From Zancudomyces culisetae HAW-14-8 (Eukaryota > Fungi > Kickxellomycota), in the NCBI GenBank assembly GCA_052426225.1, contig JBNJNM010000011.1:1860001-1924000 (forward strand): a stretch of 64,000 nt of DNA. The letters run 5' to 3'. The notes under the pieces are model-generated. The model was not told the origin of the DNA. It made no database searches and saw nothing but the letters and a program-made list of their open reading frames with translations. Position 1 is the stretch's first letter. Every line of letters starts with the position of its first letter. Shown here piece by piece: positions 36,200-49,379 of this stretch. A program made the translations under genes and the position numbers.

Positions 36200-37545
36200 A
36201 TGTCGGATGCCCAAGCTCGAGAACTCCTCGCCAAAGCTGACAAAAAGGCTGACCAAAAGGGTTGGTTTGGCGGTCGGAAATACGATGAAGCCGCTGAATT
36301 GTACGAACGAAGTGCAAATCAGTTTAAATTGGCCAAAAACTGTAAGTTCTTTTTTCTCTTTTTTTTGCCATCCAAAACCTTGGTATGTGGGAGAGATATT
36401 CAACACAGCTTGGCTTGCTGTTGTTATTTACTCAATACCTGTTTACTAACCGTGCTACTCGACACGAAACACAGTTTTCCACTACACTTTTACAATCTTT
36501 TTTTTTTTATAAAAAAAGCCAAAAAATAAAAATAAAAATGAATAACAAATTCATCCACAATATTAGGGAAAGAGGCTGGAAATGCATTCTTAAAAGCTGC
36601 TGCCATGTACCAGCAACTCAACAACCCTATGGATGAAGACATTGCACAGGCATATATCAGCAGCTCGAAGTGTTTTAAAAAGGCGAATGACCTGAACCAG
36701 GCTGTACAAGGTCTATCTAACGCGATTGCAATCTTTCTGCAGAAGGGTAGATTCCATGCAGCCGCAAGTCACAAGAAGGAGATTGCTGCAATATACGAGT
36801 CGGAATTGCTGGATTACGAAAAGGCAATGGCAGCATATGAGGATGCTGCCGAATATTACAGTAGTGAAGATTCTAAGGCGTAAGTAAAGTGGAATATATT
36901 ATCTTTTTAACACCACTCTTCTTCCTTTTTTCTCCTGTCTTTTTTTTTAAAAAAAAGAGGAATAATTCAGGCTATTGTTTGTTATATATCATGATACCAA
37001 GCATTTCATTTATTCAATGTGCTATATATAATCCATATTACATGTGTGTATCTGTATCTGTATGTGTATGTGTTTGTGTTTGTGTTTGGTTGATGACATA
37101 ACAATTCGCTCAAAAATAAAATAGCTTGGCCAATAACTGTCTGCTGAAAGTTGCCACGTTTGCTGCCAAATTGGAAAACTACCAAAAGGCCATCGAAATC
37201 TTCGAGTCAATAGCAACCACCAGCGTTGACAACCAGTTAACCAAATGGTCAATCAAGGAGTATTTCTTCAAAGCTGGCTTGTGCCATTTAGCCCTTGATG
37301 TGGGAAACACAGTGGGTACACGACAAGCAATTGAAAGATACTTGGCTCTGGACCCCTCTTTCTCCAATACCAGAGAATGCAAACTGCTTAACAATATTGT
37401 TTCAGACGTTGAAAACGAAGATTTGGAGGGATTCACCAACCATGTCGCCGAATATGACCATATATCTCAACTGGACAGTTGGAAAACCTCGCTTCTGTTG
37501 GTGATTAAAAGAGCCATGAGCGATAATGAAAACAGCTTAACATAA
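36200..37545 (+). CDS. SEC17: alpha-SNAP, 3 exons (36200-36341, 36567-36879, 37125-37545)
   Basis: KYDEAAELY..ANQFKLAKNW|KEAGNAF, GRFHAAA, KWSIKEYFFKAGLC, DPSFSNTRECKLL and LDSWKTSLL. Confidence 0.95.
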
Positions 37546-37987
37546 GCTGAACTAACAGTCCTAGACAGAATGGATCAAAGCGGTAGCATTTGGTGGTAAG
37601 CGATACAATATTGACAACCAACGCCCCAATGTGACGAAACCAAGCCAAGTGTAAGATCACATAGGCTAGCATGGAGTATAGTTCAGGGTTTTAGCTCACA
37701 GCTTCGCTATTTCTTTCGGTGTTGCTTTTTCCCATTTTGATATTACTTTAATTTTCCTTGTTTAACCATACAACTAAACTCAAGCTCTTTTTTCTTGATT
37801 TTGAATTTGTAATTTCATCGCTTCAAATCTAAAAACCCAGATAAAAAAATATAAACAATATATATATACCCTACATACTGGGAGTTACTAGTTACTGACC
37901 ATCTCTGGCTACAAGTAAGTAGGTAAATGAATTTATTAAATCGGTATAAAATCAAAATTATTTATAAATAAATCAGATTTAATAAAT

Positions 37988-38914
37988 TTATTTTTTGGCA
38001 ACGAGCATAGCCTTGACTTGATCGTAAAGTACCAAGACCAAAGCACCACCAGTACCACGGATGATGTTGGAGAAGCCTCCGTTGAAGAAGACCTTTGATC
38101 CACTCTCCTTGTACAGCTTGACGAAACAGTCAAGAGTACCAGTGTACATAACGGTTCCAGTTCCAGACTGCATCATAAGGCGACGACGAACGGTATCAAG
38201 AGGGTATGAGATAAGACCGGCAATAACAGTGACAGATTGAGCAACCAACCATGAGGCAAAGAATCCTGGCTTCTTGTTCTTGTCTGGGAACAAAACTGAT
38301 TTCAATGTGTCGTAACCTCCGAAGTATGCGGCTCTGTATACAATAATTCCCATAACTGAAACACCAAATCCTTGGTAAAGTCCACCAATTCCGTCCTTCT
38401 TGTAGATTGTTGAAATACAGTGTCCCAATCCGTGGAATTGACGGTTAGCTCCTGTTCCGACGTCTACGGCCATACGTGTACGGGCAAAGTCAAGTGGGTA
38501 TACAAACAACAAGGATGTGGCTCCAGCAAGACCTCCTGATGCCATGTTGGCTCCGAAGAACTTCCAGAAGTCTGTGGATGGGTTGTACTTAGGGAACATG
38601 TTCTTGTACTTGTCCTTGAATGCAAAGTTCAATGCTTGTGTTGGGAAGTATCTGATTACGTTGGAAAGGTTTCCACGCCAGAAGGACGCAACACCTTGTT
38701 CAGCTGGGATACGTCTGAATGCATCCATGATTCCCTTGTATCTCTTATCGGCAGCAATTTGCTTGTTTGAAGCTTGAACTTGGAGCAAGAGCTTGACTCT
38801 CTCAATTGGGGCTACTGCAGTCTTTGAGACGGCGGCTGAGACACCTCCAACCAAAAGATCGGTTGAGAAGTCAATAGCCTGTTGCATGGCTGTGGATTGT
38901 TTCTTTTCGGACAT
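37988..38914 (-). CDS. Mitochondrial ADP/ATP carrier (animal/amoebozoan-type ANT)
   Basis: Three carrier repeats (PIERVK, PLDFAR, PLDTVR), [23 protein letters not shown] and the signature RRRLMM. Confidence 0.95.
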   Translation of the reverse strand: MSEKKQSTAMQQAIDFSTDLLVGGVSAAVSKTAVAPIERVKLLLQVQASNKQIAADKRYKGIMDAFRRIPAEQGVASFWRGNLSNVIRYFPTQALNFAFKDKYKNMFPKYNPSTDFWKFFGANMASGGLAGATSLLFVYPLDFARTRMAVDVGTGANRQFHGLGHCISTIYKKDGIGGLYQGFGVSVMGIIVYRAAYFGGYDTLKSVLFPDKNKKPGFFASWLVAQSVTVIAGLISYPLDTVRRRLMMQSGTGTVMYTGTLDCFVKLYKESGSKVFFNGGFSNIIRGTGGALVLVLYDQVKAMLVAKK

Positions 38915-41696
38915 CTTTTTCTATGTATATTCCCCTTTTGTTTAGTTCCCTAAAATTAAACTTCTGGAAATTATAATGAAGCAAAAAAAAAAAGTATAAA
39001 CCTTATATACCCCTAACGAGCTTTCTTTATAAGAAAAAAAAATGAAAATCACAAAAAAAAATTCTGCATCTTCAAGTTCTCATTTTTATTTATACGTGAT
39101 TGAACGATGAATGCAGTGGAAAAAAAATTTTTTTTCCCGCAATTTCTCATTTTCAACTATTTCCGCTCAATAGGAATGAAGTTGTTAATCTATAAAAAAA
39201 AAATTAGACTGGATTCTCTACTGTGTTGGGTTAGCTTTTCCGTTAATCATTAATCCCTTGTACACTAACTTTTTCACTTTCTTTATCGTTATGTTTTGCG
39301 TAATTGGCTTCCCAGTTTATTTTTTATTTTTATTTTTTTCTTATCAGAAACCATTTTCTTATAGCCCAACATACTAAATAAAATTAGTGTTTTCAGCCAA
39401 ACCAGGGCTCAAGTACATGGTTTTTTTTTACATTATCATATTCGTAAATTACCTGAACATACATGTAATCATTTAGCTTTTTTATTGACTGTGGTATTCC
39501 TGCTAAACCCCTTCACAATCAATTACATGCTTTAAACACTCATTGCTATTATATAATTCTCTTCAGTTCACGAATTACTTTCTACACAAATAAGAAAAAA
39601 AATTTTTTTTTACTCATCAAAAAACTAAATTGCCGCTGATTTTATGCTGTTAAGCCAATGAGCAAATAGCATTTACGGGATAACTTTTTAGTTATATTGC
39701 TGTCCAATGATACATAAGAAACGCCTGCTCTTAATAATGCTGTTGTTCTGTTTTGCTCATACCTTTACTTTGTTTATTTTGTTTGTACCCGAACTCTGCC
39801 TCACTCTATTTCTCTTGCCACCAATGCTCCCACCTTATCACATTAATCACCAAACCAGCTTTTCCAAAAACAACACATAGTCATTGCTGACATTAGTGTT
39901 AGCGAACCCTTTTCATCCTCACACACATACACCCACTCACCCCTTCCCCTAATCGCGTTCTGCTCCAATTATTGGTTTAGGGTGAGATTTTGTATAATTT
40001 TCAAATTGTGGATTGGTAAAGCTCTAAAAGGTTTTTTCAGTTTTTTCCCATCACTCATTATTTTGGGTGTAATTTTCTGGTCTTGGGTTTCTTTTGAAGT
40101 GAAGCAGCAGAGAAATGGAAAAAAAAAGCTCCACCACCAAATATCGATTTCTGAGTACCTCAAACTCCAATATATCACCAATACTTTTTTCAGCTTGCAA
40201 CAGATAAAACTCATCAGTGCCGTTTAATCGCTTGCGAAAAACGATTCTGAGGGTTTTCTTTCCAGTTATGATAAAAAGAAAAAAAAGACTTGCAGTACAA
40301 CAGCCAGGTTCATGACAGCGCCCCTAGTTTACTTCACTAGAGCTATTTTTTCTTACTCATTGCACATTGCCACCTTTAACTATGCGTCTGGATGACCAAT
40401 CCCCTCTGCTTAAATGCACACACATACAAACACAGATGATATATGACTCGTAAATAACATATTTTCAAATCGGCTCTTTATGACACACCATTTTATTCTT
40501 TTGGAAATGTACCACCTATTCACAGAGCCACAAATGGTGGGGCATCATTTGTAGTAGAGTGTACAACAGCTTCCTGTTGGAGAAACTTCATATAACACGT
40601 CTACGTACACACCTCATGAAAGCTACTCAACTTTTATACCCCAGTCATGCCATTTTAGCAATTTTCTTGTATAAATTCCATACTGTGACTCTTTTTAGGC
40701 TGCCTCCTTCTCCCTCCTTCTCCCTCTTGATGAGCTATAGCCAGAAGTATATATTAGCAACATTTACCACCTCTTTACTTTTCATCTCCATGCTAATAAA
40801 CTGTTACTCATACAACCAAGTACGCATGTTACATTTAAGGCATGATGTTTGCGTTTTTGATGTATATTTTTGTCTAATACCGACTCCCGATTAGTAATAT
40901 CGCTTAGCTAACACACGTTTATGCACGAGTTTTATCTCATTACAGTAACAATGTACTACATTTCTAGTTTCTTGTGAAATGCATATTTTATGCATTTCTT
41001 TGTATCTGCCCCCACTGTACAATTCGGGATTTGTGTTCTTGAGGTTGCAGTATTACCACGCTTATACCTATGCCAATTTCAAAATGACCGAATTCATACA
41101 GCTTTTGTCAAATTACCCGTCAAAATAGATCCTCTTATTTAAACTTGTGCAAGATCAAGCTCGGGCCACCAGATAAAAAGAGCTGCTAAACCGGACTACT
41201 CAATTTAGTTATTGGTGCCTTCCAATTCTGGGTAAAGGTAGAATAACGGTAACATGGGTGGATTAGAAAAGTACATGAATGAAATGTCGTATGCACATGG
41301 CACGATATATAATGTGATGTGATACGTGCTTTGAGAGCGAGACTGTGCACTTTTAATAATGTACAGCCAATCTTTTTTCTAATATGATCTTATTTTGTGA
41401 ACTTTCCGTGATAGGAACCATTCTTCTATACCCGGAAAGGTATATTAGTGAACATGTTCTGGGTACTGGGCTAAGCACATGCCCGAAAAATACAAATATG
41501 GATAAACACCAATTCGCTATCTTATTGGTTTTGTTCCATACACAATCTTGAATATTGATGAAAAACAAACACCTGTGATTAAAATGTGTATGTGGTGCTC
41601 ATAGTCTACATTACAACCCATGCCATTAAATATAACATAGGCGTTTCTATTACAATTGGTCTTTGCATCAGATTGAAGCACAAAGGATCCGTGCTA

Positions 41697-41744
41697 TACA
41701 ATCACACATACAATCACACATACGACCACACGTACGACCACGCA
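41697..41744. repeat. 12-bp tandem repeat x4 (TACAATCACACA / TACGACCACRCR)
   Basis: Two identical copies followed by two diverged copies, read directly. Confidence 0.8.
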
Positions 41745-43697
41745 CATAGATATGCATATGTATCTTATACATACTTATCAAGTCAGTATTTCTTATTTTA
41801 CTCCCTTATCAAATCAGTCTATATCACAAAATAAAGGAAAAATCGGTTTTGTAATTCTGAATGGAAACAACTATGCGCACTCATATATCCATGATACCAT
41901 GCAACATTAGCTTATACAATAAAATACCTATGTTTATGCTGCTCAGTTCTATTTGGGATTTTAAAAATTCTACATTAAAAATAAAGGGAAAGGGGAGAAA
42001 AAATTTAACGACACTCGATATGGATATGAGTGGTATAAACATCCACAGCTATCTCCCATTCTTACTCATGCTGACTTTTCAGAAAAACTACTTTTTATAT
42101 GGCTCGTATTTTTTAGGGCAGTGATTTGCATATTATTGATTGTTTTAGACGTTTTTTCAATTGAGCTTTAAATGCTATCTACTGTTTTAATAAATAGACG
42201 GGAGTGCTTATTCTTAGTTTTATACCCACTACACTTTTTAATTAATAATAAACAGCAGATACATGGTACTAGTGCTTAAGGAAAGGATACATTCGTAAAT
42301 AACACAAAAAGCCATACCCTGGTGAAAGTTGGCCTTATTGAAGACTGTGCAATAATCATGCGTCATGAAATCTTAGACCATTGTATGATAAGTTCGCTTG
42401 TGTAGCTAGACTTGACATTTACTGAATTTATTTGCGTGGCCATAGCAAATCAAGAATGTTACTTATCCTATGATCACTGGTGACTATTGTACAGTGATGC
42501 GACGCTTTGGTACATAAAAGTTTGTGTGTTCTAGTAATATAAATGACAAATATTCAGAACTAATCGTTTTTTTTGCATTAGATCTGTATGCTCTTTACTG
42601 GTAAAGAGATGACAGGTAACACCAGCCTCTCAAAGTAAATCTTTGTATATGTCGCCACAAAAAATATAAAAGCAAATAATACTTTATATTCATTTCACTA
42701 TACTCTATTTCCCTTCTATATCTCCAACCGAAACAACTGTTCTTCTAATAATTGGATATATTTTATTCATGGAAAAGGCGGATTCCACTCAACCGCCATA
42801 TATTTTTCTCTGGGGCTTTTGACCTGTACTGTTTTTTAAAGCTACTCAATTTACGCAGAAATGGGGGCGCAAAAACAGAGCGAGTTTTGCCTGGAATTAA
42901 TGCCATCATTAGCCTCAGTTAAGACCCATTGGTGATATTCTGTGTAATTTTTGCATTTTATCCGCTAATATATGTGCATTTTTAAACTCATTTTTCTAGC
43001 AAATAAGGCGTAGAAACTCTTTTTGTGCCTTTATTGCTGTCTATAGGTGAAGAGATGAAAGCAAAAAATACAACCAATGTTTTTGATCACATTTCTACCG
43101 GAAATCAAGCTTTTATGTGAAGATTGTTTTTTTTTGAAAGCAAAAAAGTCAGTCTCCAGGCACAGAGTCACTAGTGGATTTTTTACGCTTTAACTGCTCT
43201 TCTACTACCATTCTACAAACCCAGTGCACCAGAGAGGCTTCAAAAGTTTACTATTATTAATATTATCCACTTTATTTCAAAATCAGAAAAAAAATGAATA
43301 AATATACATACGTCGCCTCGAATGCTATAAAAGGTTTTTTAAAGTTCGGAGCATTTTTATTGCAAAAAAAAGCATATATTAGCTTGCACGTGTGCTTAAT
43401 ATTATTCAAGCCTACATATCATACATAACATAACATAACATACAATATAATATTATATTCATATACTTTCATACTAAAACTTCAACCTCAATCGTAACCA
43501 CAATTTCTATATTGTTCATTCGAGCGAGGAAAATAACGCACTACACTACAAAACATTTTCAATATTTCAATACCAACCTTACCAGTTTGAATCCAGGTAC
43601 AAAAATATTGTATCTTTGGCTCACACAAGCATAAACGCAAATATTCAATATTTCCATCTGAAAAAGGCATATACAAACAAACTGAAGACTATATAAA

Positions 43698-44144
43698 ATG
43701 AAAAGTCAAAAAAAACCCGATAGTTCAATGATACAGATAGTTCTGGAGAGTCCTGATAGCGGTGATGATTCCAAGGGCGGTGATGAAAAAGCAGGTGGGG
43801 CTTACTGTAGTTATGTAAAGGGAAGCACGACATTGGGGCTAAATGCAATGTCTGATCAAGGAAAAGGGAGCGGGCTAGGATCAGGAGCTAACGAGGGTGC
43901 TCTGGAGGATCGTGCCATCGATGTCTATGTAAAAGGAAGAATCAAAGTCCTGCGGACAAAGTTCATCGTCGCAATAACCCTGCTAGTAGTCCTACTATTA
44001 GTGACAGTGATTGTGTGTGTAATTGGATTCGGTGAAACCGATGCCAAAACACGTGCAATAGTGGGTGCAACTCTGGGAACGGTTCTGGTTGCTGCAATTC
44101 TGATTGCATATGTGGTAAGCTATAATAAGCTAATTTTTATATGA
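43698..44144 (+). CDS. Small membrane protein of unknown function (polar N-terminus, two C-terminal TM helices)
   Basis: ATG-initiated 148-aa ORF with coding-like GC content in AT-rich surroundings. Two hydrophobic helices: FIVAITLLVVLLLVTVIVCVIGF and AIVGATLGTVLVAAILIAYVVSY. Confidence 0.65.
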   Translation: MKSQKKPDSSMIQIVLESPDSGDDSKGGDEKAGGAYCSYVKGSTTLGLNAMSDQGKGSGLGSGANEGALEDRAIDVYVKGRIKVLRTKFIVAITLLVVLLLVTVIVCVIGFGETDAKTRAIVGATLGTVLVAAILIAYVVSYNKLIFI

Positions 44145-44849
44145 TAATAAGAAAACTATACACATGCGTGGACAAAGGGGGGGGGGGGGTGGAGAGGGAA
44201 AAAATAGGGACCACTGTTTATGTCATAATGTTTGATAACAAACAATTGGCAACAAAAAACACACAAGGCCCTTTTTGAGTATATAGCTCACAAGTATTCT
44301 TGGCTATGTCAGGTACATGGTTACTAATAAGTGTGATAACTGAAAATAGGTTTACAGAGCAAAGATTAAAAAACTACGAGACTATGGGAAACACGCGCAA
44401 AAGAGAAGGGTTTCTACACTAAATGCTGGTTCCGGTGCTCGCCGGAGTTCTTTCTATGTTCAGGGAGGGCAAAAGGGGCGGGGCTAAACATGCTGTTGCT
44501 CAGAGTTTCAATTTTCTGTTTTCGTTATCGCATGATAATGAAAAAATAAAAGTTAGACTTGATATTTGCCTAAATCAGAGCGTGTGGCTGAAAAAAACAT
44601 GTTTAACAAATCCGGTCAACATGCTCTACAACTAATAATCTGTACAAAAACTTTCAAAAAAACGGAACCTGTATCTATTTAGACAAGAAAAAAAAAGGGA
44701 TTAAGCGAATCCAACCAGAAAGGAGGATAAGGGGACTAGAAGAATAATCAATAAATATGCTGATCGCCAAAGATTACCAAATCGTTTATACACATGCAAC
44801 ATAATCTTCATATTTTACAATTGTGTTAATAATTCAAGCACCTAACTCA

Positions 44850-45990
44850 TCATGAACCTTTTAGATGGCCCGAAGATTCAAGAACGGCTCTAGCAGCGTT
44901 GTTGATTAGCTTGAATCTTTCTGGCCCAAGCAAAACCCCACCATACCATCTTGATACTATCACGGCTACATTCTCCACTCCAGTGTTAACCAACAGCATT
45001 TGAAGCCTTTTCCCAGCAGCAGTCTCTCCATCGTCATCGTTATCTACGTTAATGTAGCGTGTTAGTTTTGGCGCTTGAGAATACCTTTTACCATTTAATG
45101 CCTTCTTATTATTTAATTAATCTTGTTTCGTGAATAAACCAATATGTAATTATAAACAGATAAGTGAGCAGGAAGCAAATACCTTGTAAATAGAATCCGT
45201 TTTTATTCTTAATCCTGTACGCCAAAATATTATGAGTTGCTTTAGCTATCTTTTTATCCATTAGTAATCGTCTTCTAAAGCAATCTACATCAGTCTCTGA
45301 ATGTACCTTGGTCAGAAACCCAATGAATACACTCTTTTTTTTCTCAAATACAGGCCCCTGAAATATCTGACTACAGCTGTCATGATATGGGCATAATGCC
45401 GTCTCTACCTTATCTTTTGTACTAGTAGACAGTTTATTAGTTTGTTCTGCTTTTATGATATCATTCCCTTCCTGTTTTTCTTTCTGATTTTCATCAGCTG
45501 GTTTGTCCCTAATTTCTGCTTCTGATAGTAGCTCCTTATAGCTTTCACTCCATTTGTGCGATAAATATTCATGTAGCTTTTCTACCCATGCCAGGATAAC
45601 AACTTCACCCCTATACTCTTCTTCCCAAGTCTGAGTAAATATTGATTTGATTTCCGTAAGCATGACATTTGAATAGGTTAATCTGAAAAAAGCCCTCTTT
45701 CTCGCGGATTTATCCGTACTGCCATCGCTATTTTCGGGATATTCCTCGACTACATCAAGTAGCTCGTACGTCGGTGCCTTTAATGATGGATACTCTGTGG
45801 GATATGAGAACTGTATTGGTGCTACAACAGGTATGTCCGAAAGTTTCAGGTAAAATACAAAGCTTGAATTGTGCCTAGGTAGATTTGATTCAAACTCCTC
45901 TACTGAATCTTCCCCATACACTGCCTTCAGAACCAATAATTCATCATTTTGCCTCTCGATATTATTCTGAGTGTCCTCATGCTCCTCCAT
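44850..45990 (-). CDS. YIH1: IMPACT/Yih1 (RWD + UPF0029 domains), 2 exons (45990-45183, 45043-44850)
   Basis: RWD domain (QNDELLVLKAVYG, YPTEYPS), KKSVFIG and KIAKATHNILAYRI in exon 1; DDDGETAAG..VSRWYGGVLLGPERFKLINN in exon 2. Confidence 0.92.
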
Positions 45991-47230
45991 TTTTCTGGAT
46001 TGCTTCTTTGTTCGGATACTTTTGAGACTTATCTGTGGTTGTTCTAGCTAACACTTTTTTTCCCGTTGATACTTTTTTTCAAAATTTAAATGGTTTTTTT
46101 TAGAATTTGATTAAACCACTCACCAGCCATTATCTACGAATTGGATTATAAAGTTAAAAATCGTTTTGAAGTGGAAATGCTCGATTAAAGTTTGTATGAC
46201 ATACAAAATAATGATTTAAAAAGCTGATTAAAATACCAAAACCATGCACCACAATGATATAAGTTGCAGATGAGATACACTAGTTGTATTAGTTTTAAAC
46301 TCCCGGTGCTACCACTAAACTCACATCTTCTACTGGGCTTTCATCAGGATTTATCTTTGGCTTTCAAAAACTGGGAAAAAAGTGGGCGGTTGCATTATAA
46401 AAAAAAACTAAATACGAAAAGCAACAAACCATTAATTTGAATAGTTTGCGTTTAGAGATATTTTTTGTATTCTAATCTCATAGCCGTGGCTTTTATCTAA
46501 AACAGATATTTCCGTTTGCTTTGCCAGCTGATGCAGAGAAGTTCTTATTCAACCACAATACATGCTAAATGGTAATTAATCCACTTTCAATTCTGGTTCT
46601 CGCAAAAAAAACCTTGGAACCAGATCCAATTTAAAAACAGGATGTTTCAATAATCATTACATAATAAAATTGCATTATCTCTTTAAATGTCGGGTAGTGG
46701 AAGGACAGGGAAAATCAAACATGATAAAGTTTTCAAACAGTTTCTTAAATGAATCATGTAAATGTCATTTTTGGGTGAGGCATTTCAAGGAGTTTTCATG
46801 TGAAAGTAAAATTACGCTGTTTATCAAACAGTTTCATTTGCCTAACAACATATTCCTACTTTCCAACAAACCAGTTGAGAATAAATTGAGCCAATATAGC
46901 ATGGTTTAATGGAAATCAGCGAGTTGGGCATGTAATTTCAGGCAACCACAATTCATTTGGTTTAATTGGGTGGAAAGCGAAAAAACTTGGTCTGGTAAAA
47001 AAAAGTACAGGCCACCCAAAGACAAAGGCAAAAAAAAAAAGTCTGATAAACTGTACCTGCAACTCAAACACGGCTCACAACAGGTTTATTTCGTTTTGTA
47101 CTTGCCACAAGTAGTTAAAAAAAAACACATTTACAGGTTATCTCTCTCTCTTCTTCCTTTCTTTAATTTCCATTACTCTTCAATAAAACTGTAAATAGAC
47201 AAGTAGATATATCTAGTTCAACACAGCACA

Positions 47231-48045
47231 ATGGACGCGATAAACAAGATAATATTCGACCCCAAATATTTTCATGTACTTTCGGTACTGAAGGGGTGTA
47301 GGAATGGTTTGGTATACGGGACCAAAATCCGGTTTCCTCACGCACTTGTAATGACTGTTCTCTTTAGGAGCGGGTCGTAAGTTTTGTTTTTATCTTGTAT
47401 TTATACCAAGTCTCAGTTCTTAGCAGACTGTACAATCAACCCTTCACTAAGCTTTACTAGAAAAAGTTGAAAAATACAATGTTTCGAAAAATAGGCCACG
47501 AGATAAGATTAAAGTAATACTAAAAGCTACAAGGGACCACGCACTGAAGCTAGCGAAATTTGTAACAATATACAAAACATTGTTGATTTTACTCGAAAAA
47601 GTCTTCTCCGCAAAGGACAAAGTGTATGCTCCTTTCATTTCTGGTTGTGTTGGTGGATACATCATATTCCACGACGAAACTTCCATGAACAGCCAGGTAC
47701 GACTTTCTAAATACAAAAACCAACACATTTTTGCCAATGTATTTTTTATGAACCCATTAAACGTCATTCTTTTAATCGATATGTCCAAATTGTAATTAGA
47801 TTGTGCTTTATCTCTTCTCCAGAGTGGCAACCAGTCTGTTTAAGGAAGGATGGAATGCTTCAGGAATGAAAACACCAGAAAACTCATTTGCAATATTTGC
47901 AGCGTTATGCTGGGGGGCCGTAATGGCGCTACATACTTCTGATGTTAGATCCCTACAGCTAGGTTTGAAGAACTCTATGGATTATATATATACGAATGCC
48001 AACAAGTGGGATTCATTAAAAACCCTGATATGGCACAATTCATAA
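47231..48045 (+). CDS. PXMP4: Peroxisomal membrane protein 4 (PXMP4/PMP24, Tim17 family), 3 exons (47231-47376, 47495-47696, 47800-48045)
   Basis: KGCRNGLVYGTKIRFPHALVMTVLFRSG, ATRDHALKLAKFVTIYK, NSQ|IVLYLFSRV, FAALCWGAVM and SMDYIY..ANKWDSLKTLIWHN. Confidence 0.9.
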
Positions 48046-48449
48046 TTACAACTGATCACCCTAGTACCCTCACTTTACAAACAAGGATACCATCACATTC
48101 ACTAATAATAAAAAAACTCCTTTTTTTTATATGTGGATATACATGCCGTTCTTTTGGTAGTATGGCAGTTTTATATAGAATGCATTGATACATTGCCTAA
48201 CGAACTCAGTCTAGCGGTTCAAATAAAATATACTTGGTGCTTGCGAATAAATTTATTTTAGTATTGTTTGCAATTCATTAAATGATGTGAATGCGGGTTT
48301 CGACTTATTCTTTTTTCTTTCTTGCTTAAAAAGAAGCGCTACGATGTAGGCTACATATATCAAGAAACAAAGATCTGGTAAATTATACAGTAGTAAAAGA
48401 TAGTCTGCCGTGTCCAAGAGACGCTGTAGATGGCGTTGGGGCAGTACTT

Positions 48450-48949
48450 TCACTTTTTCTTGGTATTCATGTAGTATTCATATTCCTCCTTTGCAGCAAC
48501 AAGTATGTACCCTATGATAACAGCATTTGCTAAAACTACAGCTATTATTGCCGCAACAATTGTACTTTCTATTTGCGAATTAGTATAAATGTTAGACCTG
48601 AATACCGCAAAATATCGCAGAATTCAACAAAAATCGATCCTAACGCTCCTCATGTTCTTGGTCTACTTTTTTAAATTTATTTTCTTCTTCAAGTACGACC
48701 TACCTGTGAACCATTTCAGACTGACAAAATACATTGTTATTGGAAGAATAAGCAAGCCTCCTGCAAAACAGTAGAATTTCGTCAGCACCTGCCTAAAGTT
48801 TCATACATAAACAAGTCTAAATGATGTATTCTTACAAGTATTCAAATGAATATGAGTATATGACTGTACCTGTTCGCTTGAGCATCTGCCTCACTTTGAG
48901 AAACGCCTACAACACGTTTTGCCACAGAATCCTTCTTTGTGTCAGACAT
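48450..48949 (-). CDS. VMA21: V-ATPase ER assembly factor Vma21, 3 exons (48949-48870, 48792-48704, 48568-48450); absent from the ORF track
   Basis: Spliced product ...VLTKFYCFAGGLLILPITMYFVSLKWFT|ESTIVAAIIAVVLANAVIIGYILVAAKEE...TKKK has two TMs, the Vma21 pattern A.A.V.AN.V...YI..A..E and a Lys-rich C-terminus. Confidence 0.85.
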
Positions 48950-49379
48950 TGTCGTTTATATAAATTATTATTGATACTCCACGCCTGCTATTGAATTACA
49001 AAGTTAATATCCAATACCAAAGTCCACTACTATTTATGTTTGTAGCCAGGTTAATAAGTGATATAGACTAGTACGCTTTCTATTGTTCGGTAAAGATAGT
49101 TTCGCAATCTGTAGCTGATCTGATAGCCTGTTCTGTTGTGGGGCTTTGTGGGTGCCAAAATAAGGGATTTATGATATTTCACTTTTTTTTTTCTTTTTTG
49201 CTTTTACAAGTAAATAATAAAAACAACAATAATAAAAAAGAACAACGAATTAGAATCGAGCAATTATGAGCATATTTATTGGTTTGAATCAAAATGTTTA
49301 GATATTGCTTGCTTTTGGCCTGAAATCTCAAATTAGATAATCAAACGAAAAACAAAGAGGATCAAATACCAATATACAA

